Source: Halocafeteria seosinensis
Taxonomy: Eukaryota
Length of the DNA stretch: 54,885 nucleotides
Direction of reading: 5' to 3'
Assembly: GCA_001687465.1 (NCBI GenBank)
Contig: LVLI01000170.1
Coordinates: 62,001 to 116,885 of the forward strand
Shown: positions 48,229 to 54,885 of the stretch, in pieces
Layout of the letters: the number at the start of each line of letters is the position of its first letter
Position numbering within the stretch: the stretch's first letter is position 1
Translations under genes and position numbers: made by a program
The notes under the pieces: generated by a model
The model's input: only the letters and a program-made list of their open reading frames with translations
Told to the model about the DNA's origin: nothing
The model's database searches: none

Positions 48229-48301
48229 CGAGTTGAAAAACATATTCCATTGTTCGAGAACTATCGAGTTGAAAAACATATTCCATTGTTCGAGAACTAT
48301 C
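48229..48301. repeat. Perfect 36-bp tandem duplication
   Basis: cgagttgaaaaacatattccattgttcgagaactat occurs at 48229 and 48265. Confidence 0.95.
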
Positions 48302-49297
48302 ACCAACAAGATGCTTCAACCACTATCGAGGTTGACAAGACTGGCCCTGGAACATTGTCATAGTGCAGTGGTAGAGCGTGGAAGTACATCTCCGTTGACT
48401 TCACTGCTGTGTTTGTGGCTTAAACAATGTCCACGAGTGGACTTGACGAACGACTGGTTTCCCCCTCTGGCTAAGCTGCGAACTTTACGCCTCGACGATC
48501 GTATCTGCCCTGACCAATTTCCTCATGTCAGAATCACTTTGCCCCAAAATCTTGAGCCATTTCCAAACGGGCGAAGAGGAACTAAAACTGGGGTGAACGT
48601 TCAAATGATGGTGGAAATGTGTCCTTGCGGGACAATATTATTCCGCGCAATCAGGGAGCGGCAGCGAGTTGCTGATTAAAAGGGTACAAATCAGTCTATC
48701 TCAACCGTCTTAGCTAGGTTACATGGTGCCTCATGTACACGACTCATTCTCTCCGAAAACATATCCTGAGCGTATATATGTGGAAAGCAATCCAATTAAC
48801 ATGTGGGATATTCTGAAGTTGCACCCCTGTGTACAGTTAACCCTGTGCATGTGAGTAGTAGTATTGCTCCTACTAACGAAGTCTGAAATGGTACTGTGGT
48901 ACGCGCTAAGGTAGACCGTGTGTGGGGTAAGACCTACCCCGAACAACATCTTCACGTTGTGGTATATCAACGTGAGAGACAGTTTGGCCATCATCAGCAT
49001 TCGAAAGTTCCGCATCTTCTTTGTTCCCCAGCGAGAATCGGGTGCTTGCCTGGCAATTCCTCTTAGGACATAGTCTCTATCATGAATTGAGAATAAACTT
49101 TAGAGTATCAGCAGAGAAGTACCCGGTAGTAGTAAAGCTTATACACGCATATATAGCGGGCTAGTAGTTCTGTCCGAGGTGTCATTAGAGCGGATATCTT
49201 ACTACGCGTAGGTGCATGGAAAGTATAGTTCGTAAGACGTTGCCACTTGCACCTCATACGTTGGTATTAAGTGGTATCAGTGGTAGTATCTAGTAGC

Positions 49298-51370
49298 ATG
49301 TCGGAGAGCGTTGCAGCAAGTGCCACAGACTCTGGCACAGAGATCGAAGGAGTTCAAGAATCCCAGGTATCTGGGCTTCCCGCTGCTAAGCCCGGAAAGC
49401 AGAATTCTCTTGCTCAAGTGTTCAATAAATCCCGAGCAGCTGCTCCTGTGTATTTCGAGCACCCAGTACGCGTATCTGCCCCCAGTAAGTGACACTACTA
49501 AGGAAGATTTCGCTGAACTTCTTGCCAAAAGCAGTCACTACTGTATTCATTCGTCATCCTGTGCTGGCTGTACTGTAGGATCGGCCGCTCCAGGTACGCC
49601 TAGAGCACGTTGGTCTCAGCGTCAAAGGACAGAAATCCGAAATTTTGATGGAACTGTTTCACCATGGGATAACGGTAGAAGGCAAGAAAGTGGCCAAATG
49701 CCTTCTCTGTGGCACTTGTATAGCTACAGGTGGGGCGAATAGGACTTCTAATTTGACCCGTCACATAAGGGACAAGACAGACTGTTCACTCCACTCACTC
49801 CTTTTCAGGTAAGTGCTAAGGAATTCCCGATGAATTCACATCCAAAATCTGCACTTTCTTCATCATGGTGAGCTTTGGCAGGGTACTTTCTGAGCATGGA
49901 GAAATTACACAGAAGCCGTCTGTTTCCAGAACAGGGTCAGTTGTAAGTGCCTTCCCGAAGACAAAGCTGTCCCCCACCCAGGAACGTGTCAATCGCTTGA
50001 ATCTGGTGAAATATATTTGCAGGTATGCACCTTCATAATGTTCAGCGTGGCAATGAAAATTGCACTTGCAGTTTTCTTCCCATTTACAGGAGGATGGACA
50101 AAATAAGTCCGTATACTAGCGACCACGGCAGCGCTGAGCTTCGTGTGTGGTTAAGTAGCATACAGTGTAACCACGGACCTATCGTGACGGATAAAACGCT
50201 GTTCCATAGTCTTATAGAATTGTACCGATGTACAACGTCTCAAGTCCAAGCGAAACTGCGCCAAACCAAGGACGAATTGAATTGGCTTGGACTTCTGGGA
50301 TTCAGGAACGCATGGCATCGAGTACGGGGGGATGATCGGAACGTTCGTGTCCTCCGGCAGACTGGAAAAGGTCTGTTTTGGAGTGAGTCCGTTTAAAAAT
50401 AACGTAAGTAATGCTGCAGCTGTGAAACGTTGGCTACGCGCTGTCATGGATGCATGTACAAATCGGAACACCGTCTTCTTCTTCTAACGAAACGACTTCT
50501 GGAGATAGCAGCAAAATATCCACTGTTTCAGATGAGGGAGCCAGCGTCAAGACGGCTCTTGAAGGGCTGGCCGCTTCCCACGTAAACTGCTTTAATCACA
50601 AGTGAGTCCCTGCTCTAATACATTGTGCTATCAATTCAGGATTATACGGGTACTTGAACCAATACAGGCTTAACAACTGTCTTCAAAGGTCATTGGGAAT
50701 CTCTGGCAAGGGTGGGAAGCCCTGTGATTTTGTCTTCACGGTTATTGGACAAATTTATTGCAAACTTGGTAGCAAGGGTAAGCACGAGTTGTTTCTCACG
50801 CTGCAGAAACTCCTTGCTCCGGCCTCCCAACTTCCCCGTTGCAATTAATACGCCATTCCAAAACGCGTTGGACAGGCGTGTATGGCCTATTAGCTCGCCT
50901 GTATCGGTAAGCCTTTCCGAGATTGTCGCTGAAGAATTCACATCCTCTTGACTGTAGGATCTCCACGCAGGGTTCGCAATATGGTTGACTGTTTGCACTG
51001 TCCGAAAACCTGGTGCTGAACAATACTGAATGGTGCATTATAACCGAAGTGCTGGCAATTCTTCGGCCTTGCTTCGTAACTACGAAGCGTCTTGAAGCCA
51101 TGGGTGCTACTTCCATGAGTGTGCCCATCCAAAAGGTCAGCAAAACATTAATTCTGTAGAACATCCAACATTTTTTCCACGACCAAGAGCATCAACGCAT
51201 TGGCGTTCCTTGGAGTTCGTAACGCCGAACAACTTCAAGTTTTTGAGATGCGGAGGGTTTTTTTATAAGAGTTGCTGCTCTCCTTTTACACGTTGTTTGC
51301 AACTGGTCACACCCTTCAACACCGAGCGCATCAAGAGCTCGTTACAGCAATATTTCCATCCACGGCAGTT
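49298..51370 (+). mobile_element. Decayed, intron-containing hAT transposase with BED zinc finger
   Basis: In order, across shifting frames: KVAKCLLCG..TSNLTRHI (BED, ~49690-49770), LDFW (50287), SDEGASV (~50528), CFNH (50588), TRWTG (50863), EWCII..ILRPCFVTTKRLE (~51030-51097), and TAIF/HPRQF (~51340-51370, like the hAT LDPRF motif). No C-terminal dimerisation domain or TIRs found. Confidence 0.8.
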
Positions 51371-51461
51371 TGTAGAGAAAATATGTCCTTGGAAATAAGT
51401 GTAAAGAAAGCACACAAAGCGTTCATGGCGCCCGTGGCATCCGTTCATATACGGGGGTAGT

Positions 51462-54400
51462 ATGGCACTCTGTCCACAACGGGGAAATGTGCTGCCAAGT
51501 GCTCTCTTGGTGTTTTTCTATGCAATCACGCTGGAATGTAGCCTAATACCTACCGTCCACGCTTTTGGTACGTCTCTCAAAGCTTAATCAAACTTCATCG
51601 TCTGCGTAATGCACAACTTGCTGAGGTTGCACTTCAGATGTGGTGCCGGCAGCGCCTGAATGGGCTCCAGTACATGAATTCATTCGAAGACGTACCGCCA
51701 TACAAGTAGCTTGGAAGCCCCCTCTAAATTTAGGATCAGCCCTAACCGGGTACCAGATTCATTACAGGCGCTTTGGTATATCATCGTGGATGGAAGTGCA
51801 CGATGAAGACATTGGACGAGTCCGGAGTTTCACCAAACCCATTCAGGAAATATCATTTACAGAAGGTGCTCCTGCGACAGGCTCCTTTCAACTTGGCTAT
51901 AAGCCACCGACAATGCACAATATAGAGACCAATTTGCGTTCCAGGACACCTATGATGCCGTTCAATGTCTCGGCGCAAGCTCTCCAGGAGGAATTGAACA
52001 AGCTCGATACGATAGAGCACGTTATAGTGAATCGGAAACAGAGAGTTGAAGGGCCTGGCAGCTGGTTGGTTACGTTTGAGATGTCCCCTCAGGTGAAAGC
52101 GGGAATCTTTTCCCAGCCACTACTTGTCCTTACGAGCAGTGTCACGGAGGAAGGATCAGAATATGCAAAGTCTCCCATACGAATAGATGTCGTGAGAGAA
52201 GCAGGTTTGGAAAATGCTTTTTGTACGAAGAATTGCAAACACAACGTGACGAATTTGATCCCTGGAACTAAATATCAGTTTCGTATCAGAGCTGCAAATT
52301 CCGAAGGATATGGCCCCTACAGCCAATATTCCGAGGTCTTCCGCACTATTTCTCTTCCTATTCCTTCAACGCCCCGGGCACCACTATTCGCTTCGGCGAG
52401 TGCTCATTCAATATCAGTCAGGATTACACCACCTGACGTTGCGTCATTGCTGGGAGAGGAAAATAAGGAGGGAAGAGGACAAGCAGTACTAGCCTTGTCG
52501 TCAGAGCATTTGCAAGGTATCCAAGCAGAGCTCGTCTATGCAGCGGTGAGCTCCAGTGGTGAGTCACCGAATTGGAGAACCGCTGACGTGAGGCCATTTC
52601 CTATATCTCCAATCACTAAAAGACTGCTTTCAGACGCTTTGATTATGACCGCAAAAGACTTATTTCCAAACTCGGCGTATCAGTTTCAAGTGAGAGTTCA
52701 GAGTTCACAAGGTAGTAGCCCCTGGAGCGCTAGTAGTGAACAAATGATGACAGCGGCCGCACCTCCGTTGGCCCCAGTTGTCGATATTGACAAGACTGTG
52801 GGGGAAGAAGTTTCGCCTGTGTTAAGACAACGTGAGGTTCTAAACATTTCGACCACAACTGTTCCCCTCACTGGGTCTGCAAGTAATGTTCCCAAAGAAA
52901 ACGACTTGCTTCAGCCTTCTATAGCCGTCCCGCGCATAGTCACGGATGCGGTAACACATGACTCTATTAATCTCGTCTGGTTTCCGGCACAGACTCAAGG
53001 CAGTTTCGTACGTGGATACGATATTGAATATCGCCAAACATCGCCCAGCATTAAGGACTCAAGTCATCCTACTGTTTTTGGGGCTTCGTCAAGTTTTACC
53101 GTGAATGCAACCGACGACCTCCAGTTGCTAGACTTATGGAGAAGAGCAGCAACTGCTTTACCATCTGCTTCGGAAAGTGGCAGAAGGGAGATCCAGCACA
53201 TAAAAACCCTTGCTACGGCTCAGGAACCAATCACTGGTGGCACCTTCTCCCTCAGTTGGCAGAAGGACGTGTTCAGTGGAGCCTTCGTATCCTCAGGCCC
53301 AATACCCTTCAATGCTTCAGCCGATCAGATGAGGACGGAATTGATGAAACTTCCCTCTATGGGGAGTGTGAATGTAAATAGAGAAAAATCTGCGGGTTCT
53401 TCTTATATATGGGCAGTGACTTTTGATTGGAGCGCTTTGGTAGGGGATAACGCTGTTCCAGGAGAAACAACTAAGGTAACGGATGGCAATAATGACCTTA
53501 GAGGTGACTTGCCTACTATTCGCGTCAATGGCCACGGCCTCCAAGGAGGATCCCCACTTTTGTCGGAGGGACCAATTGTTGCATTAGAAATTACCAAAGG
53601 ACAGGTTCCTTTAGCACTAAAGTCGTACGAGGAGCTAAAAACTCAACCTTTTACAGGTGTGGCGACCCTTCTGTCGTATAGGGTCACCAATCTTAAGCCT
53701 TTGGCAACGTATCAGTTACGAGTACGAGCCTTGTCTAATGAAGGAGCTGGGCAATGGTCTTCGCCTACAATGAGGATACGAACAGCCAGTCCCCCGCTTA
53801 CCCCTGCCTCAAAATCGTCCGTTTTTGGCGCCGAGGGGACAATTTTCCCACCTCCCGCTTTCGAAGCACTGATCCCAGAGAGTGGTATACCCGAAAATTT
53901 GACCGGGGCGTTTTTTCAAGGAAGCAACGTCGCAGAGTTACCAACCGAAGTAACTGCCGATGAAGACTACGTTGTCGGCGTGGCACAAGGTGGAATGAAC
54001 AACACGAAGGGAGGAAACGGATTGGTAGTGGTGTACGCCGTTTCTCTCTCCACCGGATCCCGAAGACGCTTCGAATTCCGGTACATTTCGGAAAATAGAA
54101 TCAGGTCCATCCAGAGCTTTGAAGTACCCGCCCTGGATACGATCGCAGGAAGAGGTTTGTTACTAGAGACTAAGGTCTGGGGAGGCGGAGGAGGGGGAGC
54201 AGGGTCTTCAGGTAATGGAGGTTCGGGAGCATACGTGTTTGCAAAACTGCGCGCTTTTCCCGGGCAGATACTGGAGGTAGTAGTAGGTGGTGGTGGTAGT
54301 CCTGGCACAGCAGGTGCAGAAACAGATGGTGGATTTGGAGGAGGAGGGAACAGCGGAGCGCCAGCGCAGTTTCGAGGCGCAGGTGGTGGAGGAGCAAGCG

Positions 54401-54885
54401 CTATATTTATGTTTGGGAACGCGGAGAAAGCAAGTCCCCAAGATGAATCAATTTTCAGAATCCCTGTTGTTGTCGCGGGTGGAGGGGGCGGTGGAGGAAA
54501 TACCAGATTCTGCTGTGCCCATGGCGGGGCTGGTGGGAATGAAAATTCTAGACAAACAATCTCTTTGGTGGGTCAAGGAGGGGACGGAAAGTCGCCACAT
54601 TCTTCCACCCCATTGACCGAGCGGATACGATTGTCCAGACGGGACACATTTGAAACGATGGATATTGAAGAACCCTTCTACAAGGCAACCACCTTTGCAA
54701 CAGACGGTAATTTCAGCATCGTCGCAGGTGGGGGAGAGGGTGGCTCCCCACTCGGCGGCGGACAACGTGGGGAATCAGGCAGCTTCCAGTTTGCTGTTGA
54801 GCTTATTCGTTCCCCTGCTCAAAGCGGAAAATGGGGAGCGGGTGGTAAAGGAGGCTCCGGTATGCGCTCTGGGGGAGGCGGTGGA
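51462..54885 (+). CDS. Secreted/surface protein with FN3 domains and an ALK/LTK-type glycine-rich domain (3'-partial)
   Basis: Signal-like exon 51462-51567, intron 51568-51637, then a frame that stays in register at every point I checked up to the window end (absent from the ORF track, presumably because it has no stop). Motifs: PGTKYQFRIRAANSEGYGPYS, PNSAYQFQVRV, PLATYQLRVRALSNEGAGQWS, KVWGGGGGGAG..PGQILEVVVGGGG..VVVAGGGGGGG. Confidence 0.9.

Noticed and set aside
48229..48301. 36-bp repeat as a CRISPR repeat
   Set aside because: Two adjacent copies with no spacer, no cas genes, and a eukaryotic context.
48715..51545. taggttacat / atgtagccta as TIRs of the hAT fossil
   Set aside because: Only a 9 of 10 match, no TSD, and the right-hand copy lies inside the signal-peptide exon of the FN3 gene.

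Overview
Eukaryotic, gene-dense genomic DNA, most likely from a unicellular protist; a stramenopile-like lineage is only my inference from gene content. GT-AG introns are short (66-79 nt where I could place both splice sites) and some intergenic gaps are tiny. Conserved genes: a Nudix hydrolase, an Air1/ZCCHC7-like zinc-knuckle protein, UTP13/TBL3, an EF-hand protein, STN1, an HSL-family esterase, a PUF60-like factor that seems to lack its UHM domain, and a BPNT1-like phosphatase fused to a degenerate kinase-like domain. Accessory content: a head-to-head pair of paralogous multi-exon genes built from an unrecognised two-exon Cys/Trp repeat, a Cys-rich secreted protein, an LRR+U-box E3 ligase, a tandem pair of GLUG-like beta-helix genes (one intact, one pseudogene), and a partial FN3 + glycine-rich surface protein. 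Mobile DNA: a 1.19 kb hAT-like non-autonomous element with TIRs, a decayed BED-hAT transposase, three copies of a 5'-truncated retroposon-like element (two with clear target-site duplications), a SAP+chromodomain relic, and several local duplications. The best candidates for new biology are the two-exon Cys/Trp repeat family and a C-terminal LxxQRPx[RS]VxK motif shared by unrelated secreted proteins. All homology calls come from motif recognition by eye; no searches were run.
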